This document shows positions 19,516-29,693 of a stretch of DNA of 64,000 bases, in pieces; the stretch's first letter is position 1, and the number at the start of each line of letters is the position of its first letter. The translations under genes and the position numbers were made by a program. This stretch comes from Escherichia phage vB_EcoS_HASG4: the sequence record NC_100331.1; one strand, written 5' to 3'. The notes below the pieces were generated by a model, which worked only from the letters and a program-made list of their open reading frames with translations, ran no database searches and had not been told where the DNA came from.

Positions 19516-20281
19516 GTCTTGGGGCGAAACTACTGGCGGTTCTAACGATAAAATCGAATTCCTGAAGTTCAACAACGGTATCACTCGTGTTCGTATCGTT
19601 TCTGGTGTTCTTCCACGTTATGTATATTGGCTGACTAATAAAGAGGGTAGCGTAGCTCCTTTCGAATGTCTCCGTTTTAACCGTGACAAAGAGAGCTTTG
19701 TTCGTGGTAAAGCTGATCCGGTTCATGAGATGGGCTTCTTTGAGAAAGAGCTGGATAAAGATGGTAATCGTGTTCCGCTGAAACCGAAGAAAAACTATAT
19801 CGCCTTTGTTATTGACCGTTCTGATAACAAACTGAAAGTAATGGAAGTCAAGGCTACTATTCTGAAAGGCATCCAGTCTATCATGAAGCAGTTGAACCTG
19901 GCAACTCCGTTTGATATTGATATTTCTATCGAGAAAAAAGGTAAAGGTTTCGATACTGAGTATGATGTACAGCAGATTGCTGCTATGCAGTTCCAGATTA
20001 AGCTGCAAGATCCTAACAGTGCGGAATCTAAGCAATATGCTGCGGATGTAGATCTGATCGGTGAAGCTATGTGTGATGAAGATGGCGACATCATTAAGTT
20101 CGAAAAAGTTCCTTCTCTGGAACAAACCTATCCGGTTCCTACCTATGAAGAGCAGAAAGAAGCAATTCTAGCCTTCATGGAAGGTCGTGAGAATAAAGAT
20201 GATGATGCCAAATCTGGTAATAGCAATGCAGGTTCCCAGAAAGGTATTGACTCAGAAGCTGCAAGCGATCTGGACGACTAA
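19508..20281 (+). CDS. abundant early protein with acidic C-terminal tail; possible ssDNA-binding protein
   Basis: Host-optimal codon usage; C-terminus GIDSEAASDLDD is acidic as in SSB tails; followed by a strong terminator. Function is inferred, not shown. Confidence 0.4.
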   Translation: MAKSWGETTGGSNDKIEFLKFNNGITRVRIVSGVLPRYVYWLTNKEGSVAPFECLRFNRDKESFVRGKADPVHEMGFFEKELDKDGNRVPLKPKKNYIAFVIDRSDNKLKVMEVKATILKGIQSIMKQLNLATPFDIDISIEKKGKGFDTEYDVQQIAAMQFQIKLQDPNSAESKQYAADVDLIGEAMCDEDGDIIKFEKVPSLEQTYPVPTYEEQKEAILAFMEGRENKDDDAKSGNSNAGSQKGIDSEAASDLDD

Positions 20282-20287
20282 TAAATA

Positions 20288-20312
20288 GAGGGGCTTCGGC
20301 CCCTTTCTTTTT
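20288..20312 (+). terminator. rho-independent terminator
   Basis: GAGGGGC-ttcg-GCCCCT followed by TTCTTTTT. Confidence 0.65.
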
Positions 20313-20317
20313 AACCA

Positions 20318-21295
20318 ATGAGAATATTATTTAGTGCTGATCATCATATCAAACTAGGACAAGATAAAGTTCCAAAGGAATGGCAGAAGCGTCGTTTCCT
20401 GATGCTAGGAGAACGGTTAAATGATATATTCCATAATCATAACTGTGATCTTCATATTGCTGGTGGTGATATTCTTGATGTTGCCGACCCGTCGTCAGAA
20501 GAAATAGAACTGCTTGAACAGTTCATGTCAAGACTTGACCACCCAGGTAAAATCTTTACTGGAAATCATGAAATGTTAACTAAAACGATTTCATGTCTAT
20601 ATCATTATGCAGGAGTTATTAATAAGGTAACGAGTGGTAAGTGGGAAGTAATTACCAAACCATATCGTTCCCCTGAATTTGATATTGTTCCGTATGATGA
20701 GATCCATAAATCCAAATGGAAACCGTCTGAATCAAAACTATGTTTCACGCATGTTCGTGGTGAAATCCCTCCACATGTAAAACCAGAAATTGATCTAACT
20801 AAGTATAACTGTTATGATACTGTAATTGCTGGCGATTTACATTCTTATACTAATAGCCAGACTATCGGATCTACTAGACTTCTCTACCCAGGGTCTCCAT
20901 TAACTACAACGTTCCATAGAGAACGCACAAAAGGTACAAATGGTTGCTTTATCGTTGATACCGACACATTAAAAGTAGAATGGATTGAACTAGGTGATTT
21001 ACCACAACTGATTCGTAAAACAATCGGAGCCGGTGAAGAGATGGAACCTAGTGATTATGATCGTGTAGTCTATGAAGTTACTGGTGACGTTGTTCAATTA
21101 AAGTCTATCAAAGACTCTGATTTATTAGATAAGAAGATTAACCATCGAGTTACTAAAGACGCTAAGTTAAATCTTGTTGATCTTGATATGTTAGGTGAAC
21201 TTGAACTTTACTTCCGTGAAGTCGAGAAGCTATCTCAAGGCGACATTGATAGAATCTTGGCTAGAGCTGCGAAATATGTCAAAGATTACAATTAA
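20318..21295 (+). CDS. SbcD/Mre11-like metallophosphoesterase nuclease subunit
   Basis: Calcineurin-like motifs DHH (FSADHHI), GD (AGGDILD), GNHE (FTGNHEM), GDLHS. Confidence 0.8.
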   Translation: MRILFSADHHIKLGQDKVPKEWQKRRFLMLGERLNDIFHNHNCDLHIAGGDILDVADPSSEEIELLEQFMSRLDHPGKIFTGNHEMLTKTISCLYHYAGVINKVTSGKWEVITKPYRSPEFDIVPYDEIHKSKWKPSESKLCFTHVRGEIPPHVKPEIDLTKYNCYDTVIAGDLHSYTNSQTIGSTRLLYPGSPLTTTFHRERTKGTNGCFIVDTDTLKVEWIELGDLPQLIRKTIGAGEEMEPSDYDRVVYEVTGDVVQLKSIKDSDLLDKKINHRVTKDAKLNLVDLDMLGELELYFREVEKLSQGDIDRILARAAKYVKDYN

Positions 21296-23114
21296 GACAC
21301 TAAAATTTAGTAACGTTATGTCTTACGGTAAGGACATCGTAATTCATTTCGATAAGAATCCAGTTACTCAACTAATTGGTGGCAATGGGCTAGGGAAATC
21401 CACCATCGCTACTGTTATCGAGGAATTGTTTTATAACAAGAACTCACGTGGTATTAAGAAGGATGCTCTATTCTCTTGGAATGCCCCTAAGAAAGAATAT
21501 GATATGCACGCTTATTTCTCGAAAGATGATGATGAGTATGAGCTGCATAAAGTAGTTAAGTCAACTGCTAAAGTAACGTTGATTAAGAATGGGGAAGATA
21601 TTAGTGGACATACGGCAACCCAAACATACAAGATGATTGAAGAGATTATGGGTGGTGACTTTCAAACATTCACCAAACTGATTTATCAATCAGTGGGTTC
21701 CAACCTAGATTTTCTAAAAGCAACAGATGCAACACGTAAGGCTTTTCTTGTTAATTTGTTCAATCAAGAACAATACAAAGAAATGTCGGAAACTGTTAAG
21801 GCTGACCGTAAAGAAATAGCAAATACCTTAAATAATTTGCAGGGCCAAATGGCTGTAATTACGAAAATTCTTAATGGAAAAAATAATCTAGGAACTTTGC
21901 AGGAACCTGTAGAAATACCGGAGTTTGATGAAGAGCCATTAGCACAAGAACTTACTGAATCGAAAATTAAGGCGGCATTAGCCAAGTCTCAAGAGGCTAA
22001 TATTACTAAGTTGCGTAATTTGGACAAAGCTGTACAAGTTGCCGAACAATCTTTCGAACCTTTCAAAAATTTGCCCGCGCCCACCGACCAAAATGAAGAG
22101 ATCTCAAGTGTTACACGTGACCTAACGATTGTGACCTCACGTGCGAGCGAAGTTAAGAAACGTTATCAGAAGTTCAAGCAAGAGGCTTCAAATACTGAAT
22201 GCCCTACTTGCGGTACTCATCTGGATACAACTGCTGCTCAAAAAGCAATGGATATGGCTAGAATAGAATATGATCCTTTGTTCAAAGAGAAGCAATCTCT
22301 TGAAGCTAAGCTAGAACAGTTGAAGAAAGAACAACTTGAGTACGTTGCGTATACTAGAGCAAAGGATGCTTTGGATAAAGCAGTGGTAGCTAGAGACGAG
22401 TTCAAAAATTCAATGAGTGATGCTTCTTTTGAAGAACTCAATGTGCAAATCCTACAGGTGCAAATCCGACAATTAGAACAGGAAATCGCTGATGGCCGCT
22501 CTAAGGTTGCAATTGCTAAAGAGCATAATGCAAATGTCGAATTAGCCAATGCAAAATATAAAGCGAAACTAGAACAGATTGAGAAAGCTGAGGCAGAAAT
22601 GTCTGAGATTACTTCCAAACTGGATGAGGTATCAGAAGCTGTTGCTGATCTCGATATTCTGATTGCTGCTTTGAAAAATCTGGTGGGATATAAACTAGAG
22701 CATAGTGTGAAAGTATTTGAAGAACTAATTAATAAATACCTTTCTATTATGACTGGTGGTAAATTTGCACTTGGATTTGAACTTGATGAAACAAAATTAC
22801 AAGTAGTAATCTTCAATGATGGAAACCGTACCAGTATGGAGAATTGCTCTACTGGTCAGCAAAGTCGAATCAACTTAGCAACTCTGTTAGCTATTCGAAT
22901 GCTACTAACATCTATTAGTAAAGTTAATATTAATCTTCTATTCCTTGATGAAGTAATTAGCTTTATTGATACAAAAGGACTTGATACTCTAGTTGAATTA
23001 TTAAATGAGGAAGAAAGCCTAAATTCTATCATTGTTTCTCACGGGCATACGCATCCATTAGCCCATAAGATTACTGTTAAAAAAGATGCAGAAGGATTTT
23101 CCTACTTAGAATAA
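21276..23114 (+). CDS. SbcC/Rad50-like ATPase subunit
   Basis: Walker A GGNGLGKST; long coiled coil with a CPTCG zinc hook; D-loop/Walker B LLFLDEVISFID. Start set to the ATG at 21276, overlapping the upstream gene by 20 nt. Confidence 0.8.
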   Translation: MSKITIKTLKFSNVMSYGKDIVIHFDKNPVTQLIGGNGLGKSTIATVIEELFYNKNSRGIKKDALFSWNAPKKEYDMHAYFSKDDDEYELHKVVKSTAKVTLIKNGEDISGHTATQTYKMIEEIMGGDFQTFTKLIYQSVGSNLDFLKATDATRKAFLVNLFNQEQYKEMSETVKADRKEIANTLNNLQGQMAVITKILNGKNNLGTLQEPVEIPEFDEEPLAQELTESKIKAALAKSQEANITKLRNLDKAVQVAEQSFEPFKNLPAPTDQNEEISSVTRDLTIVTSRASEVKKRYQKFKQEASNTECPTCGTHLDTTAAQKAMDMARIEYDPLFKEKQSLEAKLEQLKKEQLEYVAYTRAKDALDKAVVARDEFKNSMSDASFEELNVQILQVQIRQLEQEIADGRSKVAIAKEHNANVELANAKYKAKLEQIEKAEAEMSEITSKLDEVSEAVADLDILIAALKNLVGYKLEHSVKVFEELINKYLSIMTGGKFALGFELDETKLQVVIFNDGNRTSMENCSTGQQSRINLATLLAIRMLLTSISKVNINLLFLDEVISFIDTKGLDTLVELLNEEESLNSIIVSHGHTHPLAHKITVKKDAEGFSYLE

Positions 23115-23117
23115 AAC

Positions 23118-23600
23118 ATGGCTGTAGATAGTAGAGAGAAAGGTAAACGTGGTGAATATCAGGTAAGAGATATTTTACGTGAACGTACGGGTCTTGAGTG
23201 GGAACGTGTTCCTGGTTCTGGTGCTTTTGGCCAGAGCCACGGACTAAAAGGTGACATCTACCTTCCACCACAAAGCGGACACATTAGTAAATACTGCTTC
23301 GAAGTTAAGTGGTATAAAGATGATAATATATCAAGTAATTTATTTAATGTTGGTGAATCCACTCTAGAGAAGTGGTGGCAGCAGTGCTCACGTGAAGGTG
23401 AGCAGATGAACTCCAAACCTGCATTAATATTCAAAAAAGACAGAGGACAGTGGTTAATAGCTTTAGATAGCTCAGACCCGATGGTTGACAACTTAATGAG
23501 TCGTACCCATATGGTGTTAAATAAGAAAGACATGGAAATCGTAATTGGTTTATTTGAGCCGTGGCTACATCATGCATCTGTTGAGGACTTAATTAAATAA
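23118..23600 (+). CDS. putative PD-(D/E)xK nuclease, Holliday-junction-resolvase-like
   Basis: Pattern E...GSG...GDIY...FEVKW is compatible with an Hjc-type PD-(D/E)xK core. Confidence 0.45.
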   Translation: MAVDSREKGKRGEYQVRDILRERTGLEWERVPGSGAFGQSHGLKGDIYLPPQSGHISKYCFEVKWYKDDNISSNLFNVGESTLEKWWQQCSREGEQMNSKPALIFKKDRGQWLIALDSSDPMVDNLMSRTHMVLNKKDMEIVIGLFEPWLHHASVEDLIK

Positions 23601-24475
23601 TGAGTAAATCCTGGGGAAAATTTATTGAAGAAGAGGAAGCTGAAATGGCTTCCCGTCGTAACCTAATGATTGTCGATGGAACTAACTTAGGCTTTCGCTT
23701 CAAGCATAACAATAGTAAAAAACCATTTGCCTCAAGTTATGTTTCCACTATTCAATCTCTTGCAAAATCTTATTCTGCTAGAACTACAATAGTTTTAGGA
23801 GATAAAGGGAAGTCTGCATTCCGCTTAGAGCATTTACCTGAGTATAAGGGTAATCGAGATGAGAAATACTCACAGCGTACGGAAGAGGAGAAAGTGTTAG
23901 ATGAGCAGTTCTTCGAGTATTTGAAAGATGCTTTCGAATTATGTGAAACTACATTCCCAACTTTCACTATTCGTGGGGTAGAAGCAGACGATATGGCAGC
24001 TTATATTGTTAAGCTGATTGGGCATCTATATGATCACGTTTGGCTAATTTCTACCGATGGTGACTGGGATACCTTATTAACTGATAAAGTTTCTCGCTTC
24101 TCTTTTACAACACGTCGTGAATATCATCTTCGTGATATGTACGAGCATCATAATGTTGACGATGTAGAGCAGTTTATCTCTCTGAAAGCGATTATGGGTG
24201 ATTTAGGGGATAATATCCGTGGTGTCGAGGGTATTGGGGCAAAACGCGGGTATAATGTTATTCGTGAATTTGGTAATGTTCTGGATATTATTGATCAGCT
24301 TCCACTGCCTGGAAAACAGAAATATATACAGAATTTAAATGCTTCGGAAGAATTGCTTTATCGAAACCTAATTCTGGTTGATTTACCTACCTACTGTGTG
24401 GATGCTATTGCTGCTGTAGGTCAAGATGTATTAGATAAGTTTACAAAAGATATTTTGGAGATTGCAGAACAATGA
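23600..24475 (+). CDS. D15: 5'-3' exonuclease / flap endonuclease (T5 D15-type)
   Basis: N-terminus MSKSWGKFIEEEE...NLMIVDGTNLGFRFKH and GVEADDMAAY are FEN-family motifs; sequence closely matches what I recall of T5 5'-exonuclease; 291 aa. Confidence 0.9.
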   Translation: MSKSWGKFIEEEEAEMASRRNLMIVDGTNLGFRFKHNNSKKPFASSYVSTIQSLAKSYSARTTIVLGDKGKSAFRLEHLPEYKGNRDEKYSQRTEEEKVLDEQFFEYLKDAFELCETTFPTFTIRGVEADDMAAYIVKLIGHLYDHVWLISTDGDWDTLLTDKVSRFSFTTRREYHLRDMYEHHNVDDVEQFISLKAIMGDLGDNIRGVEGIGAKRGYNVIREFGNVLDIIDQLPLPGKQKYIQNLNASEELLYRNLILVDLPTYCVDAIAAVGQDVLDKFTKDILEIAEQ

Positions 24476-24918
24476 TTAAAATTAAATTAACTCATCCAGA
24501 TTGTATGCCTAAGATTGGTTCCGAAGATGCCGCAGGTATGGATCTACGAGCATTCTTTGGTACTAACCCTGCTGCAGATTTACGTGCTATTGCACCAGGC
24601 AAATCCCTAATGATTGACACCGGTGTCGCGGTAGAAATTCCGCGAGGTTGGTTTGGTTTGGTAGTTCCTCGTAGTTCTTTAGGTAAACGTCATTTGATGA
24701 TTGCAAATACCGCAGGAGTGATCGACTCAGACTATCGTGGTACTATTAAGATGAACCTTTATAACTACGGTTCTGAAATACAAACTCTGGAAAATTTCGA
24801 AAGACTTTGTCAGTTAGTAGTAGTACCGCACTACTCAACACATAATTTTAAAATCGTTGACAAACTAGAGGAGACTATTCGTGGAGAAGGTGGATTTGGA
24901 AGCTCAGGAAGTAAGTAA
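24472..24918 (+). CDS. dut: dUTPase
   Basis: dUTPase motifs AAGMDLRA, VVPRSSLG, GVIDSDYRG, RGEGGFGSSG. Confidence 0.85.
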   Translation: MIKIKLTHPDCMPKIGSEDAAGMDLRAFFGTNPAADLRAIAPGKSLMIDTGVAVEIPRGWFGLVVPRSSLGKRHLMIANTAGVIDSDYRGTIKMNLYNYGSEIQTLENFERLCQLVVVPHYSTHNFKIVDKLEETIRGEGGFGSSGSK

Positions 24919-25144
24919 TTTTGTTGATCCTAATATGGTAGGTATTGATACTAATATGCCAACCTATCAGATTAAAACTACTGAACCAGAAAAGTTTGTG
25001 CTAAGAACAGATAAAGAAGGTAATGTTACTTTCTGGGATCCTGAAGGTTTTGTAGAGCTTTGTACTAATACAGATAATGAGCAGTTAAAATTACTACTAA
25101 CTATTTATAATCTTGGTATTATAGAAGGTTGTAGAAGCGAATAA
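24881..25144 (+). CDS. hypothetical protein (start uncertain)
   Basis: ORF overlapping the dut end; alternative ATG at 24935; followed by the bidirectional terminator. Confidence 0.3.
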   Translation: MEKVDLEAQEVSNFVDPNMVGIDTNMPTYQIKTTEPEKFVLRTDKEGNVTFWDPEGFVELCTNTDNEQLKLLLTIYNLGIIEGCRSE

Positions 25145-25147
25145 TAG

Positions 25148-25188
25148 AAAAACCCCAGTGGATTTTGTCCACTGGGGTTTCTTTTAGC
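25148..25188. terminator. bidirectional rho-independent terminator between convergent early and late genes
   Basis: AACCCCAGTGGA-ttttgt-CCACTGGGGTT flanked by A-run upstream and T-run downstream, so U-tracts follow on both strands. Confidence 0.65.
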
Positions 25189-25190
25189 TA

Positions 25191-28100
25191 TTATCTATTT
25201 GCTAGTAGAGAGTTAACTACTAACGTTAGATCTGCAATTTGCTTTTTAAGATCAGATACTTCTGATTCTAGAGCTGTGATCCTGCTATCAGATTCCTTGC
25301 TTACCTGAACTAGCAACCCTGTAACAGCTCCATAATCTACAGAATAGAAACGCTCTTCACCCATAAGTGGTTCCCCATCTACAGTAGCGCCTGCCAATTC
25401 TGTATATCTAGTGAAGCCACTTATTGCTTCTGGAAGAACTTCCATTACTTCTTGGGCAATCACCCCGGCGTATGGCATATCATCATCCTTAAAATTATAG
25501 GTATATCCGCTAATTTTTCGGATAGATTGGGTTGCGTTTGGTATCTCCTGTATATTTTTCTTTAGATCCCTATCAGAAGTTTGATTAAACGCCCTTGCCT
25601 CAGCATTTCCGTTTATATTGAATACTCTACTTCCGTCAGAGTTTTCTTGAGCATACCATAAATATCCATTGTCAAGCTTACACTCAACAACAGTTGGTCT
25701 TCCGGTAGTGTTACCCCAAAGAAGAATAGATCCATTTCTAGCAGCAGTCATGTTATTCTCATATTTGAATTCACGACCGTTACTTCTTCTAACAGAAACA
25801 CCACTACCATCAACAAATATTCCACCGTTATAGCTGGGTGTTCTTAGTACAATATTATCAGAAACAGTAAAGTATGCTCCGACCATTTCGTTGCTAAGAG
25901 TAACACTCTTAGAAGAATCAGTCTTTCCAAAAAGCCACATTCTAGTATTATTAGCAGTTCTACCTGCTAAATAACCACTTTCAGAAGTATCATTAACACT
26001 AGATTTTAGGGTTAATGCCTCTCCATTTTTATATATAAAAATAGGGACTTTAAAATCAGCATATTGATCTGTAATTATACGATTCCATGCACCTATAGTG
26101 CCAGATTCAATACTTCTCAGATAATATCTATTACCCCTACCGGCTAGTTGAGTAGCATAGTTACCACTAAAACCTATATGTACACCACCAAAAACAACAT
26201 TGTTTTCAGGACTATTAACTTGACCCGCAATACCATAAAACTTATTGACAGTGTTATGTTGTGTATTCCAGTCTACACCAGTAGAAGATAAAATACCAGA
26301 AGGAGCTGAAAAGGTTCCATCCTTATTGAAGTTAAAGAATTTATGACTAGCAGAACTACTCATATCCCTAACAATAATTTGTCCTGCTTCCTCTGTTGCC
26401 CTAAACTCACTTTGTCCTACTATGGCATCGGCACTATTTACCAGTTGAGATGTGTACGTATTTTTTGTTACAGCATCACCTCTAGCAGAAAAACTATTAG
26501 CACCAACAACACTACCATTAAAAGTAAAAGAAGGTGCAGTAGCAGAAAAAGCATCTCCAGTACTAAGGTTATTAGTTAGAGCAAAATTAGGAGATAATCC
26601 AGAACGGAATGGATGATTAGAGTAAAAACCAGAACCACCACCAGTAAAGTTTAGAATATTACTCACATTACCTTCTGCGTTCCCATCACCCGCATCTGTT
26701 ACTCCGAATTTAAATTTAACCCCATTAGTCCCTAATACATAGTCTTCAGTAGGAACATTTATAACAACCTTAGGATCTGTCATAACATGTACAGGGAATG
26801 CTTTGTAGTGTACATAAACTGCTATATGCTGAGCATAGTCTTTATTACTACCTTTTATACATAGAATACCTAATTCTCTAGGATCATAAGCAGTAAATAC
26901 CCCATATGCTATATTAATACTATCACTCCAACCACCACATGTTACATATCCAGAAAAGACATTATTGTTCATTTCATGTGATGCAGATCTACCCGGAGTA
27001 CGCACAGATATAGGTACTGGCAGAACACCATTACCATTAGTACCTCCGGTGTAAAATATAACTGGATAATATTTTCCATCTACAGCACCAGCAGGTGCAT
27101 TGATAGTCTGGTAAGCACCCATAAATCCTGTAGTAGGTATTCCTAGATTTTGTTGAGTTGTGTTAAGATTTCTAACAGCTATAGTATCTGCATTCAGTTC
27201 ATTAGGTACTAATAGTTGACCATTATTCTTAAACTGGAAGGTCTTATACGAGGGGCCAGTATCCTCCCCCATAATCTGTAGAGTTGCAGCCGCAACCCCC
27301 TCAGCAAGTTTCTCTGGGTATAAGCGCATACGTACCCTTTGAGTACCATCTGTAGCTCTTAGATAGCTATTAATAATACCGCCGGCAGCTACAGTACTAT
27401 CACTATATCCAGTTAAAGCCAAACCAGCAAATAAAGGAGCATGTTGAGAACCTAGTTCTATAAGCTGTCTACAATAACTAGGATCGTAGCTATTAAGAAT
27501 AGACCCCCAAGGAGACCACGTTGAAGTACCTGGGTTATAGCTACGTTCATATATTCTATTAGAACTAAAGGTAATGTATATCTGACAACATCCTGGGGTT
27601 CCATTAGCACTATTTTGTAGTACCATTAAGTTTCCAGCTTCTTGAATAGGGTAATTACGGGCTGTAGTTGCATTAGCTGATAGGCTCTGGTAGTAGAAAC
27701 CTGCGTAATCACCATTAAGGTCATTCAAGTTCTGTCCTGTTAAGGTAGAAAATCTACGGTACATTACTTCTAGATTTCTACGCGCATCAGAAGTATTATT
27801 ACCGCCAGTACCACCATGGGATACGTCTAGTGGAATCCACCTTTTTTCTGTGTCACTATATGCTCCCCAAGAATTGTCAGTAAGTCCTAGACGCATAGTC
27901 TTAGAAGCATTGTAAACCCAGGTTTCGCTTCCCCACTGATCTAACCTATCAATCTTCAAGTTTACTTTAGAAGTAGCTACATCTGACAAGCTTATGGCAT
28001 TACCTATAAAATTTCCATTAATCTGAAAGTTTCCATCAATACTTAATCCTGCGTACTTATTAGTATTAGTATCTGATTGTAGGTGTATAGTAACCCATTC

Positions 28101-29267
28101 TTTGTTATCGCCACGTACTTCGGAGTACAACCTGTAGCGTGCCCTCTGTGCACCTGAACTATTGTTTAAATATCCGCTTATAATACCAGAGGCTGCTTGG
28201 GCATTATCGGACACATTTACTAAATTAACATTCGCAAATTGAGGGTTATTGAGCGCTCCTAGACCAATTCTAGTTCTGTATGCATCAGAGGATTCAGGTG
28301 CGTAAAAGGCAGACCATGTAGACCATACAGATTTGGCAGAATCATACCACCTAGAAAAATAGTAGTCTTGTGTATTATATGGTCTATATATTTGGTGACA
28401 ACCATCTACTGTATTAGCAGCATTTTTTATTACCTCCAGTGATCCTGCTGCTCTAACTGGATAACCTTTTTCTGCTGTAGCAAGGGCATTAGCGGACTGA
28501 TAATAAAAACCGGCCTGACCCCCTCTAAGAGTATCTAAATTAGTATCATCTAGGTTTACTCTTGATTGATGGAATACTTCTAGATTAAGGCGAGCGGCAG
28601 ATTTATTAGGTATATCATCTAAATTTTGGGATTTAGAAAGAAAATTACTAGGAGCAACTATATCCGCATATTCCTTAGCCTTTAACTCGCTAGCCTTTGC
28701 ATTGGTCTCAGAAGTTTTAGCTGCTATTTCACCAGCCTTTGCCTTAGTTTCTGAAGTTTTAGCAGCAGATGCAGACGCAGCAGCATTAGTTTCTGAGGTT
28801 TTTGCTGCTGAAGCAGATGCAGCCGCAGCAGCTTTACTACTATTAGCATTAGTCTCAGAAGTTTTAGCAGCTGTCTCACTAGCTTTTGCATTGGTTTCTG
28901 AAGTTTTAGCAGCTGTTTCACTAGCTTTTGCATTGGTTTCTGAAGTTTTTGCAGCTTTAGCACTATTAGCAGAAGCAGTAGCAGAAGAAGCAGACTGAGT
29001 TGCAGATTGCTGGGAAGATGCTGCAGAAATTTCTGCCTCATTCTCAGAATCTTTAGCATTTAGTTCTGATTGCTTTGCATTGATTTCTGATTGTTTAGCT
29101 GCTGCAGCTGATGCTTTAGAGGATTCTATTGCAGTAGTTAGCTCACCAGCAGTGATAGAACTAATAGAATTAGAAAGCACAACTGTATACTTAGGATATT
29201 TACTTGCAGTTATACTATTCTGGTCCATAGTGACCATTTGCTGTAGAATTATTTTAGTTATAGCCAT
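25191..29267 (-). CDS. ltf: L-shaped tail fibre protein (pb1-like) with C-terminal intramolecular chaperone domain
   Basis: 1358 aa; C-terminal SDRDLKKNIQEI...GYTYNFK is the autoproteolytic chaperone signature (S74-like); N-terminal AKTSETNAKASETAAK tandem repeats. Confidence 0.8.
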   Translation of the reverse strand: MAITKIILQQMVTMDQNSITASKYPKYTVVLSNSISSITAGELTTAIESSKASAAAAKQSEINAKQSELNAKDSENEAEISAASSQQSATQSASSATASANSAKAAKTSETNAKASETAAKTSETNAKASETAAKTSETNANSSKAAAAASASAAKTSETNAAASASAAKTSETKAKAGEIAAKTSETNAKASELKAKEYADIVAPSNFLSKSQNLDDIPNKSAARLNLEVFHQSRVNLDDTNLDTLRGGQAGFYYQSANALATAEKGYPVRAAGSLEVIKNAANTVDGCHQIYRPYNTQDYYFSRWYDSAKSVWSTWSAFYAPESSDAYRTRIGLGALNNPQFANVNLVNVSDNAQAASGIISGYLNNSSGAQRARYRLYSEVRGDNKEWVTIHLQSDTNTNKYAGLSIDGNFQINGNFIGNAISLSDVATSKVNLKIDRLDQWGSETWVYNASKTMRLGLTDNSWGAYSDTEKRWIPLDVSHGGTGGNNTSDARRNLEVMYRRFSTLTGQNLNDLNGDYAGFYYQSLSANATTARNYPIQEAGNLMVLQNSANGTPGCCQIYITFSSNRIYERSYNPGTSTWSPWGSILNSYDPSYCRQLIELGSQHAPLFAGLALTGYSDSTVAAGGIINSYLRATDGTQRVRMRLYPEKLAEGVAAATLQIMGEDTGPSYKTFQFKNNGQLLVPNELNADTIAVRNLNTTQQNLGIPTTGFMGAYQTINAPAGAVDGKYYPVIFYTGGTNGNGVLPVPISVRTPGRSASHEMNNNVFSGYVTCGGWSDSINIAYGVFTAYDPRELGILCIKGSNKDYAQHIAVYVHYKAFPVHVMTDPKVVINVPTEDYVLGTNGVKFKFGVTDAGDGNAEGNVSNILNFTGGGSGFYSNHPFRSGLSPNFALTNNLSTGDAFSATAPSFTFNGSVVGANSFSARGDAVTKNTYTSQLVNSADAIVGQSEFRATEEAGQIIVRDMSSSASHKFFNFNKDGTFSAPSGILSSTGVDWNTQHNTVNKFYGIAGQVNSPENNVVFGGVHIGFSGNYATQLAGRGNRYYLRSIESGTIGAWNRIITDQYADFKVPIFIYKNGEALTLKSSVNDTSESGYLAGRTANNTRMWLFGKTDSSKSVTLSNEMVGAYFTVSDNIVLRTPSYNGGIFVDGSGVSVRRSNGREFKYENNMTAARNGSILLWGNTTGRPTVVECKLDNGYLWYAQENSDGSRVFNINGNAEARAFNQTSDRDLKKNIQEIPNATQSIRKISGYTYNFKDDDMPYAGVIAQEVMEVLPEAISGFTRYTELAGATVDGEPLMGEERFYSVDYGAVTGLLVQVSKESDSRITALESEVSDLKKQIADLTLVVNSLLANR

Positions 29268-29689
29268 TATTGAGTTACCCCATCACTAATATAAACTTTG
29301 CCTTCCATAATACGGAAAGAACTAGCAGCACTACCAACAGCTGTTCTAGTAATAATTACATCATAGTATCCAGCCAATCTCTGTCTAGGGTTATATCTAT
29401 CTCTTTCTTTGGATGCTTTGGAAGCAATAGTAGTTACAGCACTAACGGGTAGACTTATAGATGCTACACCTTGCTTCGCATCAACAATAGATGTAGTAAA
29501 AGATGCTAAAGTTTCAGCTCCATCTTCTAAACTACTTTTAATATTTCCTCTAAGAGAGAAGCCAGTAAGATCTACTGGCTTAGATGTAGCAGGATAAACA
29601 CTATCATCTACATCCATAAATTGCATAAGTAAACCATAAGGTACGTTCTCATCTACTACTAAATCAATAACTCTATTTTCTGTACTCAT
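29267..29689 (-). CDS. small tail/collar protein (p132-like by position)
   Basis: 140-aa ORF between the pb4-like and fibre genes; start overlaps the fibre gene's end. Confidence 0.4.
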   Translation of the reverse strand: MSTENRVIDLVVDENVPYGLLMQFMDVDDSVYPATSKPVDLTGFSLRGNIKSSLEDGAETLASFTTSIVDAKQGVASISLPVSAVTTIASKASKERDRYNPRQRLAGYYDVIITRTAVGSAASSFRIMEGKVYISDGVTQ

Positions 29690-29693
29690 TATT

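Noticed and set aside
22238-22816. Antisense ORF of 192 aa inside the SbcC-like gene (similar cases at 11305-11814, 28724-29059, 877-1239)
   Set aside because: They lie entirely within well-supported genes on the opposite strand, have low-complexity composition and no SD; likely frame artefacts.
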